A DNA stretch of 61,541 nt, the filler included, from Circinaria calcarea (Eukaryota): assembly GCA_051942165.1 (NCBI GenBank). It is 11 parts of 11 records of this genome, joined end to end, with 100 filler letters (N's around TTAATTAATTAA, not from the genome) between each part and the next. Parts side by side here need not be neighbours in the genome. Positions count along the whole stretch, not along the records: positions 11,253 to 16,770 come from JAVECS010001880.1; positions 16,871 to 22,386 come from JAVECS010001881.1; positions 22,487 to 27,992 come from JAVECS010001882.1; 8 more parts are not named here. One strand, given 5' to 3'. Shown in pieces: positions 11,670 through 25,689 of this stretch (its first letter is position 1; each line of letters starts with the position of its first letter). The position numbers and the translations under genes are program-made. Under the pieces are notes generated by a model that was not told where the DNA came from, searched no databases, and saw nothing but the letters and a program-made list of their open reading frames with translations.

Positions 11670-14600
11670 ACACATAACCTATTGGACGAGTACCTTACTT
11701 TAACTTAACCTCGTTATCGCAATGGCTCCTGCTTAGCTTTACGAGTTATAGAGGCTGTTTCAGAGTTTTAGAGAAGTAAAGGCTCCACCAAGATAGCGGT
11801 AATCATTGAATACACTTCAATATTAGATAGGACTAACTGATTTCCTGGTAATATGGATAATAATGAACTGTTTCAGATTATTTTCAATCGAACAGTGTGA
11901 AGGTTTCCCAGCGAGCGAAAAATTGCAGGAGGCAGCTAAAATGAATCTTGCAGTTGTTCTCAGACACCACGGCTTCATACAGAGGGTGGATTTCTTTCAC
12001 TCTTGCTCTGATACTCATCTTTCATTCATCCCCTCATCGCCACGATTGTCTTCATCATCATTATTCTGCCCTTTCTTGCATTTTTACTCATCTTCAACTT
12101 CAGTACTCTTTGACTCAAAAGTTTGCGCCCAATTACATATGAAGTTTTTATCACATACCACTAGTCGTATGACAAGAGAAGGGTACATACCTTGGGAGTA
12201 TCACTAGACGTTATTACGGTATGATTCTCTCCCTTCCTGGGAAAGCGAATGCTAGCAGGGTTTAGAGCAAATTCCTAGATAGATCTGGTTCCTAAATAGG
12301 AAGACTCAGCTCTACATATCTCAGGACATTGCCGAGTGGCGACTATTGTAATACTCGCCGTGTAATGCTCTTCGCAGAGGGAGACAGGCAAGAGGATATA
12401 TGAATTAAGCAGGGAGTACGAGGTAAGTTTAACCCCTGATTGGTTGTTATGAATTCACGGTCTCTAACGTTCTCGCAGAGGAGAGCGACAGAGCTGAAAG
12501 AGAAAACGGAGATGGTCCGAGCAACCATTGAGTAAGGACCCATTGACTGAGATATAGAAATATACAATCAGTGGTTTTATGGTGTTCGAAAAGCCTTTAC
12601 CATGCCTAATAGTCCTTTTCTAACTTTTCTATTAAGAATATATCGATATAAAAGTCTCTTGCGTCGACAACATTAAGAGCTGGATGCTCAACGTACAAGA
12701 ACAGTCGACCTAGATCGACTTTTTGACAAGTTCCCTCTCGTCTCCCATAACTATAAATGGGTATCTGAAGGACAGGGCCACCCGACCATCGATAGGAAGC
12801 TTGCTGACCGACTACGATGTCGGTCGAGCATTGCAAGCTGGCATACCCAACTCAGGCAGTCGGTACCAATATGACCTTAACAGCAACGGAGACATCGCTG
12901 CGTCAAGGACGAACTGTTGTTCACCTTCCGTTTCAGAAGGAAGGTGATGGAGGAGCAATTGAAGCTCGGGTTCGATTACATTGTTTTTAACTCACTCTAT
13001 GTCCTACAAGGCGACAAGGGCTTCAAGGCGTACCTGAAACCCAAAACTCAGGGCAACGGGGGGAAGCACTTCTCATGGGTGTAACTTGCTCTCATAAGCC
13101 TGGGAAGGATACTTGGCTTCATCAGCTTCTCGTTTAAATATGGGCCAGGATCAGAAATAGACATGGAAGGTCACGGAAAAGTACAATCGGTCCCATGGGG
13201 TGAGAAATCAGATGTGAGAACGTGGAGTATATACTGATATCTTAAGCTCTCCATCGTGGACGGCAGGAAAGTTGACATTACGATTGGAGACAGATGCGCC
13301 ATCACCCAGGCGACCTCCTTGCTCCCCTTCGCTGAAGCCCTCACCGAGCGCTTGGAAGACAAGACTCCGCTGACCTCTGATAAGCCTGAAAGGCAAAGAA
13401 GGCCGAGTCCGGGTTAATGAGCGAGGCTTTAACTGATGAGGAACCACTAGCTACTACTCGTCCGCACGGAAAGAGCAAGTCTCTCGATGTCAGGAGCGGC
13501 ATGGAAAGGGAGAAGCAGAAGCACTCGGAAAAGGAGTGACACCTGCTCCCCAAGTTTAGTGAGGCATATACTCCGACATGAGGTGCAGCATCTTATATGA
13601 TTTATAAGCGTAATACTACCTCCCATCCGCTACAGTGCTGTCTAAGGCAAGATCACTAGGAGTTATCGGTCAACTATAAAGAAAAACCACTGGATTAGAG
13701 GCACTAGTGGATAAATTATGAGACCTCAATCAATCATTTGAGCGATCGGACGGACATCTAAGGACTCTCCAATCACGTTTACAGGCCAGAATCACATCCT
13801 TAGAACGGCAGCTCGAGGAACATCGGAATAGCCCACCAGTGTATATCGATCTTCTGGAACAAACCGAGGCCTTGGAGGAACAGCTAACCACCGCTAAAAG
13901 CCACCGAGACTTGGCCAGGCAGAGAACCAACACAGCAGAGGTAGGAATCAAAAAGGCTCTTGAGAACCTGAGCGGGTACTTACTAAAGCGGCGGGGACGC
14001 CGTTTCGGAGGGGAGGGGCATGTTATCATACGCGAAGGAAGGAGCTGGTTAGTTAGCTCACCAAGGCCCTTTGGGCCTTAAGCCTGCCTTCGGGCAATAA
14101 ATAGGAATTAAACAATTCTATTCACACATGATTAGATGCGTGCACTCCCCGTGACAGGCAGGGAGCATCAGAGTTGATTCCAGTTACAACAGGACCCACG
14201 CCGATGAAACCCGAGCAAGATTCAACAACGATACTCGGACTCGCCAAATCGGCAATCGATGACGACGATATCGACCCTGCACGAGCTTTTTGAGGCAATC
14301 CAAACGATGGCCGCGAAAAGAGGGAGTGCAGGCCCTGGGGAACGGTGAGGACTCTACTCTTCGCAGTTCGGTCGAGCGGCTAAAGGGGGATTAGAACCTT
14401 ATCCGGATGGAGGAAATTAGTGGAGAAAAGCATAGGTAGGCACACACAGAGAGAGAGAGAGAGAAATCAGCTGCTTTTCAGCGTGGCAGTCGATTTTGAT
14501 CCGAAAACGTCAGTAGAGACCGGTTTTCCGTCCCCCTCCGCCCACCCAAAAAAAAAAAACGGAGTGCAAGGGGGAAAAGGGGAAAAGGAGTTACAATAGG

Positions 14601-15521
14601 GTGCCAGGAGCAGAGTACACGCAACTAAATGAATAGAAACACTAATATTTCCTATCCCCCATCAACCTTTTCTTTCAAATCCGAAAAATCGAAAGCTCTT
14701 CCCCTTACAAACAACAGCAAAGAAGGATCCCCCTCCCCCCACCCGGGCAGCAGATCCAACCACGAATGAACAACAAAAATCCCCATTCGACTGAGAAAGT
14801 GACCTCTCCTAGCTCCTCTGACAAATTCCAATTCCACCATGCCCGGGAAAGCACTTGTATCAAGGATCCGAACAACATATGTTACTAGCGCGCCATTGTT
14901 TTGGCCGGCCGCAGAGGGAATGGAAGCCGGGGGTACAGTAGCAATGTTAAAGCGCCGTGTCGGAATGAGAATTTACTTTCCAAAAAGGGGGGAGTTATCG
15001 GGATTGCGGGCACGATGATGGGGCGAGCTGCAGCCCAAGGAGACTTAGAATAGGTTTGAAGGGCATCGTGACACTATTTACGAGGGCCGAAACTGAAAGA
15101 AAGGCCTTTGCCGCACATCTCTTTCGGACCACCTTAGCCCTTGGGCGATAGGAATAATGTACACGGCCCTCTCCTCCGCCTCCCCCTCTCCAAATCATCA
15201 CATCGTATCCCCTCGCTCCATGACGCACACCAAAAAAAACCCCCCCTTCCCAAACGCCAAAGATGAACGGCAGGATAGGTTATTGGTATCATAGGTATCT
15301 CTCTCACGAAAGCAATACACCGCAGTATCAAGTTCAAATAATCCCCGCACATGCACCTTTTCGACTTTATTTAGCTAGCCTAAGACATAACCCCCCTCAG
15401 GTGTCAAAGTCTTGTAAAGACGTATCCAAACCTGGATCATGGACCATCCGATCGTAAAATGTTCAGAAGCTAGGAGCATTCTCATTTTAGATAGTCAAAT
15501 CCCCATCTCGTTAAGTAGATG

Positions 15522-16770
15522 TCATCGTTGGAAATTGATGATAGCAATCTACGCGTTATCAATTAGCATATTCATTCTGTCGCGTTCAACGCTGAATAGA
15601 TGACTCTCACCTGATTCCGCAGCCCATAAGCCAACTTTCCACCGTCCGCATCCCAGCTTAACGAGTGAATCGGCGAAGGGTCCACCATATCATCAACCCC
15701 ATCATCGTTTTCCGGTTGAGCAGCGCCAATCTGCCACTGCTCGTCTTTGCCATTCCAGCTCGCTTTCGGCACACCTCCGCTTTCGACGCTCCAAATCAAG
15801 ACTTTGTTCCAACTCGCTGCGGCGACAAGGTAACCATCTGGAGTAAAGCTCATTGCTAGCGCGGGACTTGACCGGCCAAGACTCAGTGTGTTGATGGGGG
15901 CAAATGGCCTCCTGGCATCCCAAATCTTGATGGTGCCATCAGAAGAAGAGGTTGCGAGGAGGCGGGGTGATAGATCCGAAAGAGAGGATGGATTTGAGAG
16001 CGGTTGATAAACGAGGCCAGTGATCTCTGCATCGTGAGCCTTGATGATATCCAAGTTACCCGCCGCATCAATGAGAGCCATTGTACCGGAATCTTCAGCA
16101 ACGACAGCGGTTGTGCGAGTCATAGGGTCGTATCGAATCTTAGTCCATCCATTATGGACCTCAGGTTCAGAGCGGCTTCGAAGAGTGTCAATCCCTTGAT
16201 TCTCGATGACCGATTCGGCAATCAGATTTTTGCCGCAGAGGAGGAACTTCCGATCATCGACCCAGGTTGCGTCCATGACTGCGCTTTCCAACTCAAAGGG
16301 CTGCATAGATTGGCCACTTTGGACATCCCACACAATCAGAGTACTGTCAGTCTCATCTGAATGAGTGACACCGAGCAGGAGAGATCCGGTTGGATTCCAG
16401 GCTAGATTCAAGACCCAATCATGTCCACCGGGTAGCTCATCTTGGATGGCACCGGCCTTGGTCCGAACCGTCACACTACCCAGCGACTCCGGAGACTTCC
16501 CATGCGTAGCAATCGCGAGACCCTCTCCGTCCGGACTCCATGCCATTGACGTGACCGTTGCCGGCTCCGACGATGTGAGTAGGTCGGTGAACTGATTAGG
16601 GTTTTCGGGAGCGGCCGTTCGATTGCCCGAGATGGTCCAGATGCGGCATAGCGCATCTCCTCCCGTCGCCAAGAGTGCGGGATCGCGTGGGTTCCAGGCG
16701 GCATGGGTGACGTTTTTGTCCGGCACCGTCAAAACGGTCGTTTCAGGCCCGAGTTCGGCCCCCTTGTCGA
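15522..16770 (-). CDS. WD40-repeat protein, SIF2/TBL1-like; 5' truncated; last intron 15610-15549
   Basis: WD repeats (WNPRDPALLATGGDALCRIW; AHDAEITGLVYQP; LATSSSDGTIKIWD; IHSLSWDADGGKLAYG); final exon IAIINFQR*. Confidence 0.8.
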
Positions 16771-16870
16771 NNNNNNNNNNNNNNNNNNNNNNNNNNNNNN
16801 NNNNNNNNNNNNNNTTAATTAATTAANNNNNNNNNNNNNNNNNNNNNNNNNNNNNNNNNNNNNNNNNNNN

Positions 16871-17017
16871 TTTAAGCTCTGTGCTGATAGCTTGAATGTC
16901 ACCGGGCGCATCCTGGATGGAGCCCCAAAAGACGTATAAAGCCCTAACGCCGGATACCAATTGACCAGCGAGGGAAACAACAGCGATGGCACTGGCCGCA
17001 CTCGAGAGCCCATCCAT
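16871..17017 (-). CDS. Start of a gene with a HeLo-like/SesA-type fungal N-terminal domain (truncated)
   Basis: MDGLSSAASAIAVVSLAGQLVSGVRALYVFWGSIQDAPGDIQAISTELK is the typical N-terminal helix pattern of fungal NLR-associated HeLo-like domains. Confidence 0.7.
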
Positions 17018-17602
17018 TGCAGCATCAAGTCAATGTGCATGGAGAAAGAAACGGAGACCGTCGACAACCACATCGCAAAAGAGACACGGCTCAGCCTCGT
17101 GGGCAGCCTCAGTAACGGATAGCAAGGCTCCAGTAATGAAATAGTTGGCTGAGATTACCGCTGAATTCCATATAACGCATGCTCGGATGCTGCGGGCTAC
17201 GCTAAGCCAATTCCGAAGTCCACAGCAATCCACTCGGTAACACAAAAGGTCCGACATTCTTTGAAATATAACAAATATAGTTCAAGAATTCAAAATAAGG
17301 CCAATTTAGATGAAATCAACCAGCTCAACTTTTTGACTTCTATTGAATTTGGTTTCTACTCGAATGTTAACACAGGCTGTAAATTTTCGGAGTCTGAGCT
17401 GATTCGGACGACACCCCTGACGCATCACTGCAGGTGAGTGGTCGGCGCAGTCACATCGCGCCTATCAACTTGATAGATTTTCGCCCTCTACAGTGGATTA
17501 CCATTATCTTCCGTAGATTGTAGCTTTCGCCAGTTAGGAAACCTGTCCCTTCCTCCTTCGCGATTCTATCTGATCTTTTACGCTAGAATCTTTCTTGCAT
17601 AA

Positions 17603-19721
17603 ATGGCCGAAGTGATTGGTGTCGTGGCCAGCGGCATTAGCATTGCCAGCCTTGCGGCGCAAATTGCCAATAGCGTTACCAAGCTCAAGTCGTACTGGGA
17701 CGAGATCAAGGAAGCGCCAGAAGACATTAGGTTACTGATAGAAGAGATTGAGGACCTCAACCTCCTACTCTACGATATCGAAGATGACCAATGCCGTAAT
17801 CAAATGTCAAACAAACTTCTTGACGACGCCTCGGCATCAAGATGTCTCGAGCATTGTAAAAGAGGAGCCGATAGTCTCAAGCAGCTGACGGATGATCTGG
17901 CTACTGATCTTAATGGTCCAGATAGGTTGAGGCGGAAGTGGACTTCTGCGAAGGTAGTGCTCAAGAAAGATAAGATTGAAAAGTACAAGTCACGACTGGA
18001 AAGAGCGATCAGACTGCTCTCGTTGTCACAACAGAGTTATACTAGGTTAGATGTTTTAACCACAATCGTCATTTACTGCTTTTATCATTCTCTGCTAACA
18101 TCTATCAGGGCTCTTTTGCAGCTTCAGCCCGACATCATTGTCTCGCGAATATCTCATACTATGAATACCATACAGAATCATAACAATGTTATGAGTAGTT
18201 TATCTACTACAGCTGTCAACAAGCTATCAGTCACAGCTTCTCAATCTCAAATTGAAGTCTTTGGATCCCAAGATGTCCAAGTCCGTCCATCAGGAAGCCA
18301 GTACAGCAAACAGCTTTCAAAGAGACGAGTGAAAAAGCGCGAAGAACTAGTAGCTCGCCATCGGGTCCCAGTATGGGCCATGAAGTGGGTATGGGATATT
18401 GAATTCTTTCGGTCGCGGTCTGGCTGGACGGTTAGATTAAATCCTATAAACATGATTCCACGGGATTCGTCAGTTCTCGAAGCAATCGAATCTGGAGATC
18501 TGAGAGCGCTCCAGAAACTATTTGAAACAGGGCAGGCATCTATCTCAGACAGGACTGCAGACGGCGTGACTTTATTGCAAGTAAGCTTGTTAACCCTTTA
18601 GTATTACGGGGTCTCTATCCAGCTGTTCTTTGAACTTATAATGCTTACTCTAGTAAGTTAGCTATAGCTTGCCGTAAATTTCCCATATGTCGGTTCTTAT
18701 TAGAGCACGGGGTTGATCCGAACGAAGCTGGTCACGATATGCAGTAAGTCGGTGGCTTTAGGAAGATGGTTTAGACAACATTCTTAATAGCTCTAGCGCA
18801 CCAATGACGGACCTTATACTAAACAGCTTTCTTCGGCCACAAGACGCCAGAGCTGTAATGGATATGGTTAGCCTCATGGTCAATGTCTACGACGCAGAAT
18901 TTCACATATCACTGCTGGGATGGTTCCGAGGGCCAAAAGAAGTATTTTTATTATTGCAGCAACATACGGAAGTTCCTTATTACGAAACCGCCTTAGAGAT
19001 ACGTGCTGATATGGCAGTGAGGCTCACAACATGGGTCCCTACAAATAGTCCCGAACTATTCAAAATCGCCTTTGCCATGCATCCCGGACCAATTCCTCTT
19101 GCCGCAGTTCAATACAAATCATCCAACGGAGAGACGCTTTTACATGGTATAGCTACTGCTCTCGGTACTTTCTCGACATCCAAGCATGAAAAGTGCATAG
19201 AGGATTTGGCAGGTAAAAAACGCAAGCTCTTAGCCAAGATCAACTGCTAATGAACTATAGGTTGGCGAGCGCTACTGCGTGAGCTTGTCGTCCATGGGGC
19301 CGATCTTCACGCCGTTTTTACATGGAAAAGAAGAGAAAGCGAATGGGTCTCAAGAACTCCTTTTCTCGACCTCTTAAAGGGGGCAACATTGTACTGTGAA
19401 GACGCATGGAGCTCTCAAACGTTAGATCAGCCGCTAAAGGTCTGGCTGGAAGATCTTGAATCATGCGGTGTCAATCTTCTGGAGTATGGCCGTAAGGAGA
19501 AAGCGCTATATAATGAAGTTGTGATGCAGCAAGATTTCTATCTTGATATTTTCCCGAGCAGCGCAAAGGTCCGATATTGGCGTTTGATTGGTTTCTCGTT
19601 TGGAGCCTCTCCAAGCGACTGGCATTTCTGGGGATCAGAGATATCCGATAGCTTCGCAGGAGACTTTTGGTCGATGATCGAGCCTCCTGAGATATCTGTC
19701 CCCGGAAGCTGGATTGAATGA
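17603..19721 (+). CDS. Multi-exon protein: HeLo-like N-terminal domain plus C-terminal ankyrin-like region, no NTPase domain seen
   Basis: MAEVIGVVASGISIASLAAQIA...WDEIKEAPEDIRLLIEEI; ankyrin-like segments GDLRALQKLFETGQASISD, FLLEHGVDPN, GETLLH, LVVHGADLH; C-terminal WLEDLESCGVNLLEYGRKE...VPGSWIE*; introns at ~18046-18108, 18581-, 18744-, 19213-19260. Confidence 0.7.
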
Positions 19722-21363
19722 AGGACATGAAAGCGAGCAGTTCTTAGTATTGATTTGCATATCGATTGTTAAGAGCTGGCTTTGGAAACTCGCGACGTCC
19801 CAAATTTAATTAACGTATCGCATTGCTACTTTCATTTTACTCCAACCTATCTGGTGTTCTACTTCCAAGGACAAGCTTATCAGAAGAAGACTTGATTGAC
19901 GGAGTTCGCATAGTATCAAACCAATTGGTAGCGCAATTTTTCCTCGGGAATCGTCCGTGGCCGTACATCCACATACCCTTTCGCTGACTTCGGTCACTTC
20001 TTTACCAGAACAGCCGAGTTCGCTGCCGCGCTCCCAATAATTTGGGCCAGGCTCTCTCATCCCTAGTTTACCAGAGTGGTATTTTTAAAACCGTCGTGAC
20101 AGCAACAAGGCGGTCAATCGCTGCAAATGCACGCCGTCCTGTAGGCACATTGTACAACTATTGACTTCGTGTTAGAGCGAACTGTGGTTATGCTAGGTAT
20201 CCCACTACCGTACTATCTCATTCCAGCTTCTTGGAGGACGGGGGTAATCCTAGCTATCTCCGCTTCGCGGACTTTCCCCTTCCTAATAATCTCCTCCCGT
20301 GTACTTGCCACTGCCACCACCCAGACGTTGTCTCGAACCTTACCACCATTCATTACCAAATCTCCCCGTCTCCTCCCCTCATCTATCAAGTCCTCATTCT
20401 CGCCTACTCACCCTTCCCCTTCTCCTACACAATTTCTGGAGACATCCACAAATCCCTCAACAACAAGAGCCTCTAATATCTGGTACCTACTCCTAATTTT
20501 CCATCATCCCCCGCTATTCAACCACGCCACATCCGTATTGCATTCTTCCTGCCTACCACATCTCTCACGCCCCAGCAACCACACTCCCAAGACAATCCTA
20601 ACCCTGCTCTCATTACTCTACACCACCCCTTCCCCTTCCCCTTCCTCCACCATGCCCCACACTCCACCTTTGCTCCCTCTAATCATTCCTTCCTTCCAAC
20701 CCGCCTAAGCCCCCACTCCAAAGACCACGGTTCAAAACCTACCCTCCTCGAACCAAAACCCAACTCTACCGCAACATAACCTCTGAACCAGCATGAACCT
20801 CCGCCCTCCTGCAGTATAGAAACCGAAACCGAATCCGAATCCGAGCCTAACCTAGCTACGGAAAATCTGCTACGTAAGAGTTGGAAGGTTGGAAAGGTTT
20901 GAGCTGCGGAATCAGAAGAGATCGGCATCAGGGCACTGGGGGATCAGGGCATTGGGTCACTCGGGGGATTGCATCCTGATTCCGATAATTTCAGACTCCT
21001 TGATAACGAAGAAGTGCCGTTTGGAACCTAGATTGTGGGAGTGGGAGATGTAGAAGTCATGAAATGAGATATCTGTGTTAACCGGGTATTCTGCAATGCG
21101 AAGCCGGCCGGGTTTGGAACGAGAGGTAGAAATCCGGATCTGGTATAGACGGAACCTGAACTTCCCAACTACCAGATCACCCATTTATCAAGCACGGCGT
21201 AGATGCTAACAAACATTTTTACCCATTCTATCTCCCTGCTACTGGCCTATACTATAAACCATCATAATCTGCAAATCCCAGATGCCACAAAACGCCTCGT
21301 AGATAGAATGCCTATAAACCCCCAGTTCTCTCCCTTTCCGCACACCATCCCCTGTAATCCCCT

Positions 21364-22322
21364 TTATAAGACGTAAGGCATCCTAACCCCCTCCTGTAAA
21401 GTCCTGATCCTTCTCCGATACGTCTCCCTACACTCCCATCGCTGCAGCGTGCCCACTCCCATAGCCGTGACGAACAAGAACGTCCAAGCACCTGCGATCA
21501 CAAGTCCCGTGGGGAATTTCTCTAAGCTGGTACCTGGGAGAGCGAATGGCGTTACCTGAGCTTTTGAGGGTGTGGTAATCGATAAGGGAAGGGCGAAGAC
21601 GCCGATCAGGAAGGATGCTTCTTTGGAGGAGAGGATGGTGGTGATGGGTGTTCCGTTTTTGACGGTGCCGGAGAGGATGATGAGGGGAGTGAGGGCGGAT
21701 TTGAGTAAGGTCCTGAGGGGGGGAGTGTTAGTATGGGATGAGGAGGGGAATTGGAAAGTGAGGAGGGAACTGACTGGTTGGAGGACACTTTTTGCATTGT
21801 GGAGGTGTCAATGCTTCCTGTGAGACTCAGGTCTGCGATTATTCGGGGAGAATCCGTTCTTCTATGTAGTTCTGGTCCTTCGACGGCAGAGATTGGCAGC
21901 CAGCTATTCAATTCGTTTGCCCTTTCGACGATGCTGCTGTTGTAAATCGGTGCGACAGTGGTACTGGGATACGATAGTTTTAGATCCATTCCTTGCTCCT
22001 GAAGCACAGCCCAGTCGCCAGAAGCGGGAGAGATTTGGTAGAGCTGCAAGTCTGCTTGAAAGGCGCCGGTGGAGTTGTCGAAAGATAGTACATTGTAGCA
22101 AACAGTTATACCGGAGGGATTGGAAGCTTGGTCGTTTGGAGTGCCAAGGGCCTTCAGACATGCTAGATTCGTGGTGTTGGTTGATGTCGCAACAGCCGCA
22201 ATTGCCGTGATAGAGAGTGTAGGAGAAGAAGCCGCATTTGGCGTCCGAAGAAGGGACAGAGACGCTGGCAGAAGGCGCCGATGGTGTTTCCATGACAATC
22301 TTGCCATGGTACCATGCTTCAT
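21364..22322 (-). CDS. Conserved fungal protein with a C-terminal transmembrane helix; intron ~21775-21713; start codon uncertain
   Basis: ASNPSGITVCYNVLSFDNSTGAFQADLQLYQIS; spliced exon 2 ...FALPGTSLEKFPTGLVIAGAWTFLFVTAMGVGTLQRWECRETYRRR (TM helix then basic stop-transfer). Confidence 0.65.
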
Positions 22323-25300
22323 GGTTCAGCCTAACAGGCGCCCTTTGGCGAACTTTCTGGGATAGATAGACATGATGGCGGAGGAGNNNNNNNNNNNNNN
22401 NNNNNNNNNNNNNNNNNNNNNNNNNNNNNNTTAATTAATTAANNNNNNNNNNNNNNNNNNNNNNNNNNNNNNNNNNNNNNNNNNNNTTCCAACAGAATGA
22501 AAACGGATTAAGAGTTTCAAAACTACTACCGTATCTTTTTCGGTCTCTTGGAGTGAAACATCTGGATTAATTGTGAGATGGCTTTGTTTAATAGCTATTG
22601 CCGGATTACTACTATGGAGTAAGTGGCCTGTTATTTACTAGTTCCCATCAATCAACCATTTACTCTCCCATGGATCCTTGATTTGTTCAACCCTTTACTC
22701 AGCCCCCCTCGAATATCACTTTTTTTGCATCGTCCAATTCCCCTTGTCTATCACTGTTACCCTGCCCTATCCTCGCCCGCCCATCGAATTGCCAGTCTCC
22801 GGTCTAAGTTGTGAATGGAGGCATGCTATAGAGCTAACCAGGGCCTGTATATTGAGATTGGTGTTGAAGCGCTTAGGTAGGATCGTAAATGTAGGTATCG
22901 TGGCTGAGAGCCGGTGGAAGATGGAGGGATGATGGAGTAAGGAGATGGGATCGGAGGCGAAAGGGCAACACAACTTCGGTGCAGAAAAGGTACTGGTGAC
23001 GGACCAGTTTCATTATCTGAGAATAGATAAGAAGATATTCGAGCTTCCTGATGGAGTCCGCGAGATTATTTCACAACCCTTTGGCATTATTACCTAGCGC
23101 AGCTGCGAGATCAAGAATAAGCTCCGAACGCGGCTGAGAGAGAAGTAAGGTTGCAAAAGAGCCGTTCTACCAAACGCGATTGTAATCCCGATGGTTCTCG
23201 GCCATTGGGACCAACTTAAAAGCCATCTCTTTATTAATAGTTCTGTATCCTCCTCCTCTTTCCTGTATAATCCTAAACCCTAAAACCCTATCACTCCAAT
23301 GTCAAGCAGTCTTGGGAACGATCTCCTAATTCGCCAGGTCCAAGCTGGGAGATTACTGAACAGTTGGATGTCACACGTGTATATCATTATTATAGGCCAG
23401 GATACCACCTCCCTTTGAGAATCTTTCGACGATAGGCACAGTGCTTCTGGTAATAACGAAATAAAAACCTTTTTGGAACCAGGTATATTTCAGCACTGAC
23501 TAGGAGGATCATGTCAGTTGGCAGCAGGTCTTGGTCTTTGGGCAGAATTAGAGTCCACAGGAACACGTTGTCGTAGATTAGAGGAACTATAATCTTCTCT
23601 GCTGCATTTCTGAATGACCTCCTCTTCTTTGGTTATACATAATCCAAAGGTGTTCTCGTTAGCACATCTTGTCCTAAGTTTCGTAGCTGGTGTCTGGGTT
23701 GTGTCCGGAACCCTTCCGGGCGGCTCCATGGAGGTGGCGTACTTATACATCGCGCAGGTCGGCAGCATAGAGCGGCCTGAGGCCAAATTGGCAACTGAAG
23801 ATAAGTAATATATCGTGCCACCGACCTAATGGCGCACCGTACCGACCAGATGCTAGGAAGAGAATCGAACAGCATTCGCTTCTCAAGATGATCTTGAAGA
23901 CTAATCGATCGCATTGCTCAGGAGGACGCATGTTCACGTTGGAGAGATTTGAAGGCCATATGGGATTGTACGAGATTGCTATACAGCCTGTGAAAGCATT
24001 GCTATAGGCGATGCGTCCTCGGACTGTAGGCGGGTAGAACCTCATATCCTCTCGCTTTCGTGAATATGGCCAGAAGTATACACGAGACCATATTTCCCAC
24101 ATTTTGTGTCTCCCGTTCAGGTTCTTTGGAGTCTCACTCCGAGTTATATGGTAAACTTAGATGCCGGGACTTGTGGGCTGCAGCGAGAGGAAGACTACCG
24201 AAGTTTCGATCGATTTTGAGTTCCGCATAAGAGACATCTAAACCTCAGAGTCAGCTAAAACTAGCGCGAGGGGTAGATTGATTCGGAATGCTACATGGTG
24301 CACGACTCCACAATTACGATGCAGGAACGCGATCTTATGAGCACCAAGTTTTGCCTATAGGGAGCGACAAATGAAGAAGTGAGCATTGAGACATGATTTC
24401 ATGTTGCGCAACCCTACTTCCAGGTATCGGCCATGGCAGACCGAACAGTTGCATTCCCTAAAGGCATGAGAACCGACTGGGGATTTGGCACAGATCGACT
24501 GCTGGCGTAATGCGAGCCCTTCGTTGATACGGGAGAACCGAGTCCGGGAGTCTGGAGCCAGCTACGTAAATCCTTTAGTGCTATAGGTGGTGCCCCAATC
24601 ACCCAATACTGCTTCAAGCTTAGCGCAAATCGGTAACGTCACTGCTAAGGCACCGGCTGGCACCTGGTTGGCTTCGACCCTTGACAGGTGTTCACCAGGC
24701 CAGTACGGTGACATGAATCGACCTTGCTCCGAAAAGTGAGCCTAGCGGCTTTACTTCATGTTATCCACTCTTAGGTGGAGAAATTTCCGATTGCGACCCG
24801 CGTACGCCCAGATGCTCATCGCGATATTCGAGGCACCAAAAGCTTCAAGGGAGGAGTAGTGTGGAAGTTTGGAAGACGTTGTTCCAATAGTCGATACCTT
24901 AAGTGAATGGCTGGCTGCATGTCCGTTGGCGACTTGGTAGTACTGTGGTATTGATGAAACTAGCCAAACCGGTTTTCCCTGGAAGGCGCTTTCAGTCACC
25001 ACACTTTTAATCGATCATCATGCCTCCGCATGGTTATTCCTCTGTTTCGAATGAATCATTGACTTCCGACACAGCCACTGTCGGCAGTGATACAGCGGGC
25101 TCGATTCTGGCCTTGTTGCCAGCTCCGGGTACTTGTGCTCGAAGCAGGTACGAGCCATCTTGATGATCCAACTGCCATGAACCCTAGCCTCGTACGTATG
25201 CGTCTCGGAGACTTAGATACGACTGGGATTCGAAAGCGTATCTTGAGCTGGTGAAGTAGAGAGCGAATGCATTTATGTTGAAGAAACCTACTAATGCATC

Positions 25301-25689
25301 CTTAGGTTGCTTTGGAGGGAAGATGCGTTAAGGTACCCAGAACCATAGGAAGGGCGCTAATAGGTCAATGCTGGTCAATCGCAACATAATAGCTTTCCTT
25401 TCATAATCCAGTCTTGATAATCGGCCGCGTTAGGGAACCTAAACTGCAACTATAGCTTGATGGGACCTAATTACCGAAGTTCAATATTATTTATAAACCA
25501 TCGTGACTGGCCTCTAATGCCCTGGACTCGATTATGGATGCGGAGTTATACGGAATCTCGAGCCCAGTGCAGATTACGTTTAAGGAGTATCAAACGGAAT
25601 TCGATAAAGCCTGGCCAGCGAGCGGCCTTCCAATTCACCGGTCATAAGGCAACCCACGATCCATTTTCAGGTCCTTGTGTAGGATGATA

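Noticed and set aside
12300..14100. Coding-like fragments (including a short coiled-coil ORF at 13839-14081)
   Set aside because: Multiple stops and no identifiable family; possibly a decayed gene, but not supportable.
20169..20900. 179-aa Pro/Ser/Thr-rich ORF
   Set aside because: Arises from pyrimidine-skewed low-complexity sequence; no domain or convincing start.
21421..21480. Suspected frameshift in the membrane-protein gene's last exon
   Set aside because: Re-reading gives a continuous frame (TAMGVGTLQRWECRETYRRR).
23270..23290. Telomere-like CCTAAACCCTAAAACCCTA
   Set aside because: Only ~3 imperfect units, internal to a contig.
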